Positions 27,014 through 35,817 are shown, counted from the first letter of the stretch. The stretch is 49,172 nt of DNA from Candidatus Enterousia sp. (GCA_045651445.1 JAZRSI010000030.1:1-49172); one strand, 5' to 3'. Notes: generated by a model from the sequence alone, not told the origin. Numbers and translations: made by a program.

Positions 27014-27463
27014 ATGATTTTAGCAGATTTCAAGGCTTTTCCGCCCATGGGACGCGTTTTAGGTATAGATTGGGGATTGCGACGCATTGGTGTTGCAGTA
27101 TCTGATCCAACGCGTCAATTCTTCTTTGTAAGACCGACGCTGAATTTCAAGGCAGGGGCAACAAATCATGCACAAATTGTCGCAGGTGTCGCAGAACAAG
27201 AATCTGTGGTCGCGATTGTCGTTGGGTTGCCTCTGTATTCAGATGGCGCTGAATCTGATACGACAAAAATGGTAAAGGGGTTTGTCGCTGAATTAGAAAA
27301 ATGTACAGATTTACCAATTTGTTTAATCGAAGAAAATTTAACATCATCCGCCGCACAGGAAGAAATGGGACGGGTAAGAATTCGTGATTTGAAGGAAAAA
27401 TTAGATTCTGAATCTGCGCGTGTGATTCTTGAAAATGCAATTGCAATGATAAACCGGTCTTGA
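27014..27463 (+). CDS. ruvX: Holliday junction resolvase-like RuvX (YqgF)
   Basis: LGIDWGLRRIGVAVSD and IVVGLPLYSDG. The start ATG 27014 or a later Met is preferred over the track start 26969. Confidence 0.85.
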   Translation: MILADFKAFPPMGRVLGIDWGLRRIGVAVSDPTRQFFFVRPTLNFKAGATNHAQIVAGVAEQESVVAIVVGLPLYSDGAESDTTKMVKGFVAELEKCTDLPICLIEENLTSSAAQEEMGRVRIRDLKEKLDSESARVILENAIAMINRS

Positions 27464-27479
27464 ATAAAAGACCGGTTTT
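27451..27479. terminator. hairpin terminator between convergent ruvX and perM
   Basis: aaaccggtct (27451-27460) pairs with agaccggttt (27469-27478). The loop contains the ruvX stop codon. Confidence 0.65.
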
Positions 27480-27509
27480 ACTGCGTATAGCGCATTTTTT
27501 CTTATTTGA

Positions 27510-28553
27510 TTAATCTTCGTTTTTGTCGGGGATGTTTCCGTCGGCGGATAGTAGTACTGCAACCCAACGAGTGGAATCAAATTGGGCGCATATAATGTAT
27601 ATTGCAACCAACATAGGAACGCTGAAAAACATACCAGCGATTCCCCAAATCATTCCCCAAAATACCAAGTTTATTAATATGGCAAGCGTGGAAATGTTTA
27701 GCGTTTTTCCCGTCAGTTTTGGTTCTAGTAAATTACCGAATATAATCTGTAAACCAATTAATCCGACCGCGGTTAATATTGGTTGTTGTAACGTTGGGGC
27801 CGAAACCAACGAATATAATATTGGTAGCGTACAGGCCACAATTGCACCAATTGTTGGGATGTAACTTGTTATAAATACAATAAACGCCCAGATGCCTGCA
27901 AATTCAACGCCGATTAATTGAAGCCATATGAATGAAGCGATACCTGTTATCGCAGAAATGGTTGTTTTTATAAACAGGTATTTTTTCATGTTTGTGTCAA
28001 TACTATCCAATATAAAACGCGATTTTTTTGATTGCCGTTTGTTTGGGAATAGGGCGGAAAACTTCTTGTTGAATGTGCTTTGTTCGATAAACATAAATAC
28101 CATGTACACTAAAATCATCCCCATGGATGTCGCAATGCCAGCCAGGGAAGAGCCGATATTAGTGGCGATTTTGGTTATGTTTGGTAGCATATTTGCATCA
28201 AATTTTACACCGATTGATTGTGATAAATAGGCACCAAGGTTTACAAGTTTTTCTTGAATCGCAGGCAGGGCGGCAACTAATTCAGAAAACATAGGTTTGA
28301 TTTGTGTTACAAATAAATATATAACCCCACCTACGGTTATAAGTGTCGCAATATAAGATATCCAATTGTATATTATGGACCATGCTTTTTCGCGTTTTGT
28401 GTTGGGATGTTTATATGGAAATATTTTACGATAATAATCAGATATTGCGTTCATCAAATACCATAAAAATGCCGCAATTAAAAGTGGTATTAAAATTGAT
28501 CGCCCAATCCATAAAAAGAATATTAGCGCAGCAAAAATTATAATCCCGTTCAT
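27510..28553 (-). CDS. AI-2E family transporter (PerM/YhhT-like permease)
   Basis: Eight-TM protein with the family pattern (...SYIPTIGAIVA..., GNLLEPKLTGKTLNISTLAILI...). Confidence 0.85.
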   Translation of the reverse strand: MNGIIIFAALIFFLWIGRSILIPLLIAAFLWYLMNAISDYYRKIFPYKHPNTKREKAWSIIYNWISYIATLITVGGVIYLFVTQIKPMFSELVAALPAIQEKLVNLGAYLSQSIGVKFDANMLPNITKIATNIGSSLAGIATSMGMILVYMVFMFIEQSTFNKKFSALFPNKRQSKKSRFILDSIDTNMKKYLFIKTTISAITGIASFIWLQLIGVEFAGIWAFIVFITSYIPTIGAIVACTLPILYSLVSAPTLQQPILTAVGLIGLQIIFGNLLEPKLTGKTLNISTLAILINLVFWGMIWGIAGMFFSVPMLVAIYIICAQFDSTRWVAVLLSADGNIPDKNED

Positions 28554-28579
28554 AATGTGTGCCTTTTGTTAAAGCTTTG

Positions 28580-28604
28580 AAAACGTGCATATAGCACGTT
28601 TTTT
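28580..28604. terminator. hairpin with flanking A/T runs downstream of the 313-aa membrane protein gene
   Basis: aaaacgtgc, atata loop, gcacgtttt. Confidence 0.6.
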
Positions 28605-28611
28605 AAGTTTG

Positions 28612-29553
28612 TTATTGTTGTTCTGGTTGTGTTGTGTCAATCGTTTCTATTGTAAGTGTTTCTATCGTTGCATTTGTTTGTATTTCAGCGGTTTGTTTTG
28701 TGAAAAATACAAACAGTGAAATAGTTGCAATGATTAGTACAATATTAATAATTATTGCGGTGGTGGAATATTTTTTATTAATTGTTTTTTGTAAATTCTT
28801 TTCGCCGACTTGTAATACCCAGATGCCATAAATTAAAGCCAGGGTGAATGTTAAAAGTGCGGCGTTTAATCCACCAAATAAAACTCCAATAAATGTAGTC
28901 GCGATAAATGATGCGATTGTGTTTGTTTTATTGCGTAGTGTCCAGTCTATGATTCCTTGGTACCATTTGGATTTTATTTCTAGAGAATCTTTTTTGCTTT
29001 GTGTTTCTGGTAGTAAGTATCCCGCGGAATATAGCATGGTTATACCAAAAGGTATGCTTAATATAAATTTCCAAGTTGGAATATTAAATTCGCGACAGCG
29101 AAGATATGTTGCGTATAGGTTCGATAAAATTAATCCTGACATATATAGACATGTGATAAGAATTAAAAATGCAATTATGAAAAATGTTGGAATGTGTACT
29201 GTTGTATAAAGCGCGATTGGATTAAAAATTTTTATTGTTAAAATAAGTATCGAAAAACTGAATAATGAATATAGTAATGTTTGCCCAATGGTTATTGTAA
29301 TATAGTTCCTTTGATTCATTTTATGTGTCGGTAGGGCGCGAAACAATGACCTTATGCAATATGCAAATGTGAATAGTGCAAGTATAGCAAACAAAGGTGC
29401 GTAAAGTTTCCAAACGGGGGTGGCTAGAATTAAATCAGCGGTTATAATATATATTATAAATAAAATTAACATTGATAACATGGTTATCATACTGAATTTA
29501 AATGGTGCCCAGAAAAGCCATTTTGATAAAGTAGATTTTGTTTGTTTTTTCAT
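28612..29553 (-). CDS. hypothetical polytopic membrane protein, 313 aa
   Basis: About 8 hydrophobic segments and no recognisable family. It starts 31 nt downstream of sufC on the same strand. Confidence 0.7.
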   Translation of the reverse strand: MKKQTKSTLSKWLFWAPFKFSMITMLSMLILFIIYIITADLILATPVWKLYAPLFAILALFTFAYCIRSLFRALPTHKMNQRNYITITIGQTLLYSLFSFSILILTIKIFNPIALYTTVHIPTFFIIAFLILITCLYMSGLILSNLYATYLRCREFNIPTWKFILSIPFGITMLYSAGYLLPETQSKKDSLEIKSKWYQGIIDWTLRNKTNTIASFIATTFIGVLFGGLNAALLTFTLALIYGIWVLQVGEKNLQKTINKKYSTTAIIINIVLIIATISLFVFFTKQTAEIQTNATIETLTIETIDTTQPEQQ

Positions 29554-29584
29554 GGTGTTTTCCTTCCTTTTTTTGCTAATAAGC

Positions 29585-30262
29585 TTATTTTATCATAATT
29601 GTCCCGTTTGATAAAGTGGTTATGTTTGTTGGTTTTATCATGTCCGTAAATGATTGTTGGTGCGATATGATAATAAATGTTGTGTCGGGCATATTTGATA
29701 TAGTGTCCGCAATCTTTTGTTGTGTTTTTGAATCTGCGCCGGAATCTGGTTCGTCAAGGATTGCAAGCGCGGGGTTTGTTAGTATCAGCCGTAATAACAT
29801 AATCAGTTTGCGTTCGCCACCTGAAAAACCAACGTTTACACTGCGGTTTAACCAGTCGCGTGGGATGTCAAGTTGTTCGCGCGCTTTGTCCAGGTTTTGT
29901 AAGAATTCGCCCATGGGTAAGTCTTGGCCAGATTGATAATGTTTATGTGCAATACAAGAATGTTTTAGAAAACTTGTAATACTTAACCCTGGGATTTCGG
30001 GGACGTGTTGCGCACCAAGAAATATCCCCTTTAAAGCCCGGGTTGTAATGTTTTCGGTTGTTATATCTTGGTTTTCAAAAATAATTTTCCCATTGGTTAT
30101 TTCGTATTCTGGAATGCCAGCGATTGTCTGGGCAAGGGTGGATTTGCCACTGCCGTTATGGCCAGAAAGAAGATGACGCTCGCCAGCATTTATTTTTATA
30201 TTTATATTGTGTAACAATTCTTTGTCGCCAAATTTTACAGACAGTTCTTTTATTTCTAGCAT
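29585..30262 (-). CDS. sufC: Fe-S cluster assembly ATPase SufC
   Basis: Walker A GHNGSGKSTL, signature FSGGERK, Walker B ILDEPDSG. Located immediately downstream of sufB. Confidence 0.9.
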   Translation of the reverse strand: MLEIKELSVKFGDKELLHNINIKINAGERHLLSGHNGSGKSTLAQTIAGIPEYEITNGKIIFENQDITTENITTRALKGIFLGAQHVPEIPGLSITSFLKHSCIAHKHYQSGQDLPMGEFLQNLDKAREQLDIPRDWLNRSVNVGFSGGERKLIMLLRLILTNPALAILDEPDSGADSKTQQKIADTISNMPDTTFIIISHQQSFTDMIKPTNITTLSNGTIMIK

Positions 30263-30265
30263 TGG

Positions 30266-31594
30266 TTAGTCCTTTGATAATGCCATTTGTATTAATTGTT
30301 TTGATTCAACCAAAAATTCCATTGGTAATCTTGATATTACAGGGGATGCCATTGCGCCTATTATCAGCGCGATTGCAGTATCTGTTTCAATGCCGGCACA
30401 ATTAAGATAATTTAAAGTTGCAGCGTCAATTGCGCCAGTTGTGGCTTCGTGTGATTGTGTGTTGTTTTCGCCGTTATGAATAATGCGTGGTATTGTGTTG
30501 GCGACTGCGTTTGTGCCGATGATTCTGCTGTCGCATTTTGATGCGTTTGTGCAGTTGTTGCCGTTAAAAGAAACAAGGCTGCGGAATGTTTGTTGTGATG
30601 CATCTGTGGCAATTCCGTATGACACAATATTTGATGTTGTGTTGTTGCCAATATGTATCATTTTTGTGCCTGTGTCGGCCATTTGGGCGCCGCGTGTTAT
30701 TGAAAGTGAAAAAAAGTCGCTATACGCATTGTTTCCGGACAAAATTGTAGATGGGTATTTCCAGGTTAGGGCGGATCCAACCTCTACTTGGGTCCACAGT
30801 AATTTTGCGTTTTCGTAACATTTTCCACGCTTGGTTACAAAGTTTAAAATTCCGCCTTGGTTTTTTGTTCCGTCAAAAGTTCCGGCAAACCAGTTTTGTA
30901 CAGTCGCATATTTTACAGTTGCGTTATCGTGCGCAATTATTTCAACAACACCGCTATGTAGTTGGTGATTTGGGCGGCGTGGGGCGCTGCATCCTTCCAT
31001 GTAGGTTAATTGTGCCCCTTGGTCGGCGATTATAAGTGTGCGTTCAAATTGTCCTATTTTAGCTGTTTCTATGCGAAAATAACTTGCCAAATCAATTGGG
31101 CATTTTGTGTTTGGCGGTATATAGACGAATGTGCCGTCTGAAAACACCGCGGCGTTTAAAGCCGCAAAAAAGTTGTCGGTTGCCGGAACAACAGTTCCAA
31201 GATATTTTTTTACCAATTCGGGATGTTTTATCACGGCATCAGAAAATGGCAGGAATATTATACCCAACCGTTCAAGTTCCGCGGTATAGGATGTGTGCAC
31301 AGATTTACTGTCGATGACTGTGTCGGTGGCCATGCCAAGCAGTGCTTTTTTTTCGCTTTCGGGCAGGCCCATTTTATCGTAAATGTTTTCTAAATCTGAA
31401 TTATCAATTTTTGATGGTTCGTTATAATAATTTAATTTGTCGTAGTCGATGGGTTGATAATCAATTTTGCCCCAATGTGGTTCTGTCATTTTTGTCCATG
31501 CGCGGAACGCGTCAAGACGCCATTGTAGAAGCCAATCTGGTTCTTGGCGTTGTGTCGATATTGTGCGGATAAGATTTTCAGATAGTGCACCCAT
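30266..31594 (-). CDS. sufB: Fe-S cluster assembly scaffold SufB
   Basis: SufB pattern (GAQLTYMEGCSAP, GTKMIHIGNNTTSNIVSYGIA, ...EATTGAID...). ATG 31594 is preferred over the track start 31636, which overlaps the upstream gene. Confidence 0.9.
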   Translation of the reverse strand: MGALSENLIRTISTQRQEPDWLLQWRLDAFRAWTKMTEPHWGKIDYQPIDYDKLNYYNEPSKIDNSDLENIYDKMGLPESEKKALLGMATDTVIDSKSVHTSYTAELERLGIIFLPFSDAVIKHPELVKKYLGTVVPATDNFFAALNAAVFSDGTFVYIPPNTKCPIDLASYFRIETAKIGQFERTLIIADQGAQLTYMEGCSAPRRPNHQLHSGVVEIIAHDNATVKYATVQNWFAGTFDGTKNQGGILNFVTKRGKCYENAKLLWTQVEVGSALTWKYPSTILSGNNAYSDFFSLSITRGAQMADTGTKMIHIGNNTTSNIVSYGIATDASQQTFRSLVSFNGNNCTNASKCDSRIIGTNAVANTIPRIIHNGENNTQSHEATTGAIDAATLNYLNCAGIETDTAIALIIGAMASPVISRLPMEFLVESKQLIQMALSKD

Positions 31595-31598
31595 GGTA

Positions 31599-32141
31599 TT
31601 ATGTGTTTTGTGTCGCCAGTTGTTTTGCCTGGGCAAAGAATGTTAATGATTGCCCCAGCAATCCATCTGTGAAGGTGCTGGATAGTAAACCATCGGGTTC
31701 TGTGGTTGTCAAGTGATGCAAGAAATTATCAGCACGTCGCATATAATTGTCTATGTTTCTTGCAACTTCGGAATCTAATTTTATGCTGCGACGTAGTTTT
31801 TCAAGCGCAAAAGGATTTTTTGCATATTCGTCCATTATGCCACCAAGCGCACGCCAAAGTGGGTGTTCTTGGGTGTTGCGTGGCATAATGTCAATTGCCG
31901 CCATTATAGGTATCAGGCTTTGTAGCAGGTCTTGGTATATCATTTCGGCGTTTTCTGCAATGGCGTTTGTTGCGTATTTGTTTTTTAATACAGATTGCAT
32001 CTTTACAATAAGGCTATATTGGTGTTCCAGTGTTTTTGCCATGTTTGTTACGCGGTTATTTATGCGGTACATATAAAAAGATATTGCACCAATTAATAAT
32101 AATGTTAATCCAAATAAAATAAATATAATAGTGTTCTGCAT
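31599..32141 (-). CDS. hypothetical membrane-anchored protein, 180 aa
   Basis: N-terminal TM (IIFILFGLTLLLIGAISFYMY) followed by a helical soluble part. I recognise no family. Confidence 0.65.
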   Translation of the reverse strand: MQNTIIFILFGLTLLLIGAISFYMYRINNRVTNMAKTLEHQYSLIVKMQSVLKNKYATNAIAENAEMIYQDLLQSLIPIMAAIDIMPRNTQEHPLWRALGGIMDEYAKNPFALEKLRRSIKLDSEVARNIDNYMRRADNFLHHLTTTEPDGLLSSTFTDGLLGQSLTFFAQAKQLATQNT

Positions 32142-32257
32142 GTGTTTGCCTTGTGTTCTTGGTTTGTTTTGATTGATAGTATAGCATCTTTTTTGTCGAT
32201 TCGTTTGAATTTATGTCTTGATATGTTTTTTTTATTGTTTTTTTAGCGTTTTAGGTC

Positions 32258-32286
32258 TTGCACAGATTCGGTCAAATTGTTATAAT
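32258..32286 (+). promoter_or_regulatory. near-consensus sigma70 promoter for the TcpQ-like/secretin operon
   Basis: ttgcac (32258-32263), 17-nt spacer, tataat (32281-32286). SD aaaggaag lies before ATG 32330. Confidence 0.6.
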
Positions 32287-32329
32287 AACTATTGAATAGA
32301 GGAAATATTTAGGGAAAGGAAGTCTAGAC

Positions 32330-33247
32330 ATGTTCCGTAAAATTTTGATTGTTGCTATGTTTGCAACGGCCGCAGGCTATTGTTTTGCCGCAGAATTTAT
32401 GCCACAAGTTGTTACGTCTCAGGTGTTTTTTGAACAGGAAAGGGTGGCGAATGACAGCATGTATGAGCAGGTTGATGTTATGCAAGAAAATTCAACCATG
32501 ATGCCGGTAGAGGTTCCTGCCTGGCCGTTGGCGGGGTCTGATGCGGACGTAACTATTGCGTGCGAAGGTGGGACTTGTTCCAAGAATAATCAACAGGATA
32601 ATATCCGAATAGTTTCCAAGGTTGGAACGGATTTGGTTGTTGAAAATAATTTTAATCTTGGTGCGCGTGGTGCTTATGATACTTGGTCTGGGGGCGCCAA
32701 TATGTTGCATGGTACACAGATTCCAGTTGGTTTTGATGATGAGTGTAATTCTAATTCGGAAATGCCATTGTTGCATCGCGAAGTTTTGGAAGATGATGGT
32801 GGTAATGTTTTGGCTGTATCACGTAGCGGTCGCAAGAATTGTGGTAAGTATGCGGATGGCTATGAAGCATTTGCCGTTAGAACTGGGATGACGCCAGAAG
32901 AAAAAAAGGACGTGCAAGAAACAATTACCGAAGAAACAGAAATTGCGGTTGATATATCCGCGGATGCCGAAGCGCCCGCGACAATTGCAGATCAGGTTCG
33001 TTCTTGGGTTGTTGCGTCTGGACAGACGTTGCGTGGGGTGTTGCAGTCTTGGTGTGATAAGGAAGGTTGGGATTTGGTTTGGACGACATCGCGTGAATAT
33101 CCGATAGAGGCAAGTGCAGTCTTCAAGGGACGTTTTGTCGATGTTGCGTCTGCGTTGGTTCGTAATTTTGGACGTGCGACACCTGTCCCATATGCAAAGT
33201 TCTATAAAGGTAATAGGGTGTTGGTAATATCAACTAATGAAGAATAG
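32330..33247 (+). CDS. secreted protein with C-terminal TcpQ/PilL-like domain (type IVb pilus secretin partner)
   Basis: Signal peptide. The C-terminal WVVASGQTLRGVLQSWCDKEGWDLVWTTSREYPIEASAVFKGRFVDVASALVRNF matches the TcpQ-domain pattern W.V..G.TLR..L..W....GW.LVW. Confidence 0.65.
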   Translation: MFRKILIVAMFATAAGYCFAAEFMPQVVTSQVFFEQERVANDSMYEQVDVMQENSTMMPVEVPAWPLAGSDADVTIACEGGTCSKNNQQDNIRIVSKVGTDLVVENNFNLGARGAYDTWSGGANMLHGTQIPVGFDDECNSNSEMPLLHREVLEDDGGNVLAVSRSGRKNCGKYADGYEAFAVRTGMTPEEKKDVQETITEETEIAVDISADAEAPATIADQVRSWVVASGQTLRGVLQSWCDKEGWDLVWTTSREYPIEASAVFKGRFVDVASALVRNFGRATPVPYAKFYKGNRVLVISTNEE

Positions 33248-33286
33248 TCTGAAAAAAAACATAAGATGCCGTAGGAGAATATAATT

Positions 33287-34915
33287 ATGATAAAGACTTT
33301 GAGATTAATTGTAATGTGCACATTGGTTATGGCGACAATTACAGGGTGTGCAAAAAAAGAATCTGCCAAGGTGGCGGCATCTGTTGATCAAGATTTTATT
33401 AATGCCTATGATGCGTTTGAAATGGCAAAAAATCCACGTGCCAAGGTGGCAAGTGGCGATACGGTTTCTATGTCCGAAGGGGTTTGGTTGGGAAATAAAT
33501 CAATGGTTTTGGAACATCGTAATAATTTGCCGTCTAATTTTGAAACGGATACAGGGGTTACTATTTTATTAAATGAACCGGTATCATTACAAGTTTTGGC
33601 AAATGATATATATTCAATTACAGGCATCCCTGTTAAAATTGATGGTCAGGTGTCCGCCGAAAAATTGAAAAAGTTAGTTAATGTTGCTTATACTGGGAAA
33701 TTGTCTGGTTTGTTAAGTCAGGTTGCAACAGATTTAGATTTGCTGTGGTATTATGATAAAAATTCAATTGTTTTTTATGAAACAGAAACACGTACATTTA
33801 CACTTTATGCCTTGGGAACCGAGGTTGCATATCAGACATCTGTATCAACGGATGATGCAAATGAAGTTTCTTTGGAATCTACATTGAAAGAATGGGATGA
33901 AGTTGAAAATGCAATTGCATCGATTATTGGAAAAAGTGATAATGCAGATTTTACAGTGTCGCGCAGTTTGGGAACTATAACCGTTACTGCGTCGCCATCG
34001 ATTTTGGCCAGAATTGGTGAATATATTGACCGACAAAACAAACGGTTAAGTCAATTGATTACAATTGATGTCAAGGTTTTGCAGGTTACAATATCTAATG
34101 ATTCTGCATTTGGGTTAAATTTGGCGGCGGCAATTAATTCTACATCTGGGTTGAATATTGTTGCAAATCCAAAGAATAATCTTGCATCAACAGAGGCAAG
34201 TTCGATGAATATTGCTGTTTTGTCCAATACAATATCTGCCTTGACAGGTGCAACACATATGGAAAATGGCGTCGAAGTTGAAGGGGCATATACACAAGAT
34301 CAAATTGCCAATGGATCTTTGGCCGGGGCCGCTGGTAGTAATGCCTTGATAGAAGCCTTGGCAAAGCAGGGCAAGGTGTCTTTGGTTACAAATGTTGGTG
34401 TTACAACACGCAGCAATCGTGTTGCCCCGGTTAGCAATACACGTACAACCGGTTATATTAAACGTTTCGAATCTCGTAATTTTACAACGGTTGAATCCAG
34501 TACAGTTGATCAGGATGATTTGGAAACAGGGTTCACAATGCAATTGTTGCCAAATGTTCTAGAAAACGGGAAAATATTATTGTTGTTCCGTATGTCTGTT
34601 CGTGAATTATTACGTATGTCAACACAGACAATTGGCGAAGTAACCTTGCAATTGCCAGAGGTTGAAGAACGTAGTTTCATGCAAGAAGTAATTATGGAAT
34701 CTGGTCAAATGTTAGTTGTTTCTGGTTTTGAAAAGCAGACAAATCAAGATACGCGCTATGGCCTTGGTGATCCGGACTTTATGGCATTGTCTGGTTCACG
34801 TGAAACCAAGTCTGCCCGTGAAGTTTTGGTTGTTATCTTGACCCCGCAAGTTTTAATTAGCCCGATGGATTCAGAACGCAGTATTCAGCAGCACTGGGGG
34901 GCGCCACTAAATTAA
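33287..34915 (+). CDS. lipoprotein secretin, type IVb pilus PilN/TcpC-like
   Basis: Lipobox ITGC. Secretin C-domain (ITIDVKVLQVTISNDSAFGLNL ... VIMESGQMLVVSGFEKQ ... REVLVVILTPQVL). Size and lipoprotein nature resemble R64 PilN. Confidence 0.75.
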   Translation: MIKTLRLIVMCTLVMATITGCAKKESAKVAASVDQDFINAYDAFEMAKNPRAKVASGDTVSMSEGVWLGNKSMVLEHRNNLPSNFETDTGVTILLNEPVSLQVLANDIYSITGIPVKIDGQVSAEKLKKLVNVAYTGKLSGLLSQVATDLDLLWYYDKNSIVFYETETRTFTLYALGTEVAYQTSVSTDDANEVSLESTLKEWDEVENAIASIIGKSDNADFTVSRSLGTITVTASPSILARIGEYIDRQNKRLSQLITIDVKVLQVTISNDSAFGLNLAAAINSTSGLNIVANPKNNLASTEASSMNIAVLSNTISALTGATHMENGVEVEGAYTQDQIANGSLAGAAGSNALIEALAKQGKVSLVTNVGVTTRSNRVAPVSNTRTTGYIKRFESRNFTTVESSTVDQDDLETGFTMQLLPNVLENGKILLLFRMSVRELLRMSTQTIGEVTLQLPEVEERSFMQEVIMESGQMLVVSGFEKQTNQDTRYGLGDPDFMALSGSRETKSAREVLVVILTPQVLISPMDSERSIQQHWGAPLN

Positions 34916-35124
34916 AATAAAATCTAATGGCATATCTATGACTAAACCCGCAACCTTATGTAACTTCTGTACACTACGGTTGCGGGTTTAATCATATCTA
35001 CGCCATTATCTTTTATTTTTTCGCTAATCACGGGGTTGGGTTTTGGTAACCTTATGTAACTTCTGTACACTACGTTGTCGGCACCACTTGTATCTACGCC
35101 GTTATCTTTTATTTTTTTGCTAAT
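34915..35124 (+). repeat. two-unit hairpin repeat element (same family as 49036-49172)
   Basis: Unit 1 has perfect 13-bp arms 34943-34955 / 34978-34990 around a 22-nt loop ttatgtaacttctgtacactac. Unit 2 has the identical loop at 35052-35073 with wobble-only arms. The flanks aaataaaatctaatggcatatcta and tatctacgcc[a/g]ttatcttttattttt..gctaat are conserved. Confidence 0.85.
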
Positions 35125-35139
35125 TTAAAAAATCTATCA

Positions 35140-35330
35140 TTCTGGTGTCGGGTATTGGAATGGCAAATGCGTTTGCATAAAGTTACCCCTCCCACGATGG
35201 TGGGCCCAGGACGGGGTAGAGTGCCGTAATTACGGTGGCTTAGCAACAAGGGGGGATAGAAATTGCCTGTGGGTGATTTAAGCGCATTAAAGCAAGAATA
35301 CATTGCGCTTGCGTCTGGTTTAAAGATATG
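35140..35330. ncRNA. candidate structured RNA of unknown family (GC-rich intergenic island)
   Basis: Locally G+C-rich in an AT-rich spacer. Short GC hairpins: gcaaa/tttgc 35163-35176, cccac/gtggg 35191-35204, palindrome ccgtaattacgg 35224-35235, agcgca/tgcgct 35281-35309. There is no credible ORF. Confidence 0.3.
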
Positions 35331-35537
35331 CAATCTGCATAATAAGTCAGATAAATAAAAGAGTAGTTGAAAAATACATATTTTTCGTTAAAAACACCGA
35401 TTCGTTTCAGGGCCCCTTATATGAAATAATTCTTAAAAACACTAATTCAGATTCAACTTACGATTGTATTACTTGACGTAAATTCTAGTTTTATGTAATA
35501 ATATTCCCATTGTATAATTTTTATAAAAAGGGAAGAA

Positions 35538-35792
35538 ATGGACTATCATGACGCGATTTGGAAATCGATTGGGCGTATTGCAAATATGAACAATACCAGC
35601 TGTTCGGGGCTTGCAAAAATGTGTGGCCTGGATGCAACTATTTTTAATTATAGTAAACGACAATCTGCATATGGCCAACCAAGATGGATAAGCACATCTA
35701 CGTTGGCCAAAGTGTTGATAAAAACGGGATTGACACCGAAACAATTTGCAGAAATATTGCAAGACTGCTTGGACCAACAAAGGATAAAATAA
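35538..35792 (+). CDS. small helix-turn-helix DNA-binding protein (phage-repressor N-terminal-like, alphaproteobacterial type)
   Basis: MDYHDAIWKSIGRIANMNNTSCSGLAKMCGLDATIFNYSKR...PRWISTSTLAKVL resembles the N-terminal HTH of LexA/CI-like repressors. There is no S24 peptidase domain. Confidence 0.65.
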   Translation: MDYHDAIWKSIGRIANMNNTSCSGLAKMCGLDATIFNYSKRQSAYGQPRWISTSTLAKVLIKTGLTPKQFAEILQDCLDQQRIK

Positions 35793-35817
35793 ACAAACGC
35801 CCAGATGGGTGTTTGTT
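35792..35817. terminator. hairpin terminator between convergent HTH gene and parE
   Basis: aacaaacgccc, agat loop, gggtgtttgtt (one G-U pair). Confidence 0.65.

Noticed and set aside
35155-35180. Mini-frame GCA AAT GCG TTT GCA TAA (A-N-A-F-A-stop) resembling a tmRNA tag, raising the idea of a two-piece alphaproteobacterial tmRNA
   Set aside because: There is no tRNA-like acceptor, T-arm or CCA end (GGTTCGA..TCC...CCACCA) on either strand nearby. The tag would be far shorter than known tags and lacks the usual ...AA ending. I kept the region only as an unclassified RNA candidate.
35109-35333. 74-aa minus-strand ORF over the GC-rich island
   Set aside because: There is no SD, the composition is odd (Pro/Gly/Cys/His-rich) and the frame coincides with hairpin-dense DNA. 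It is more likely non-coding.
35469-35780. 103-aa minus-strand ORF overlapping the HTH gene
   Set aside because: The + strand frame has a recognisable HTH-repressor pattern, a terminator and a plausible promoter region, while the antisense frame has none.
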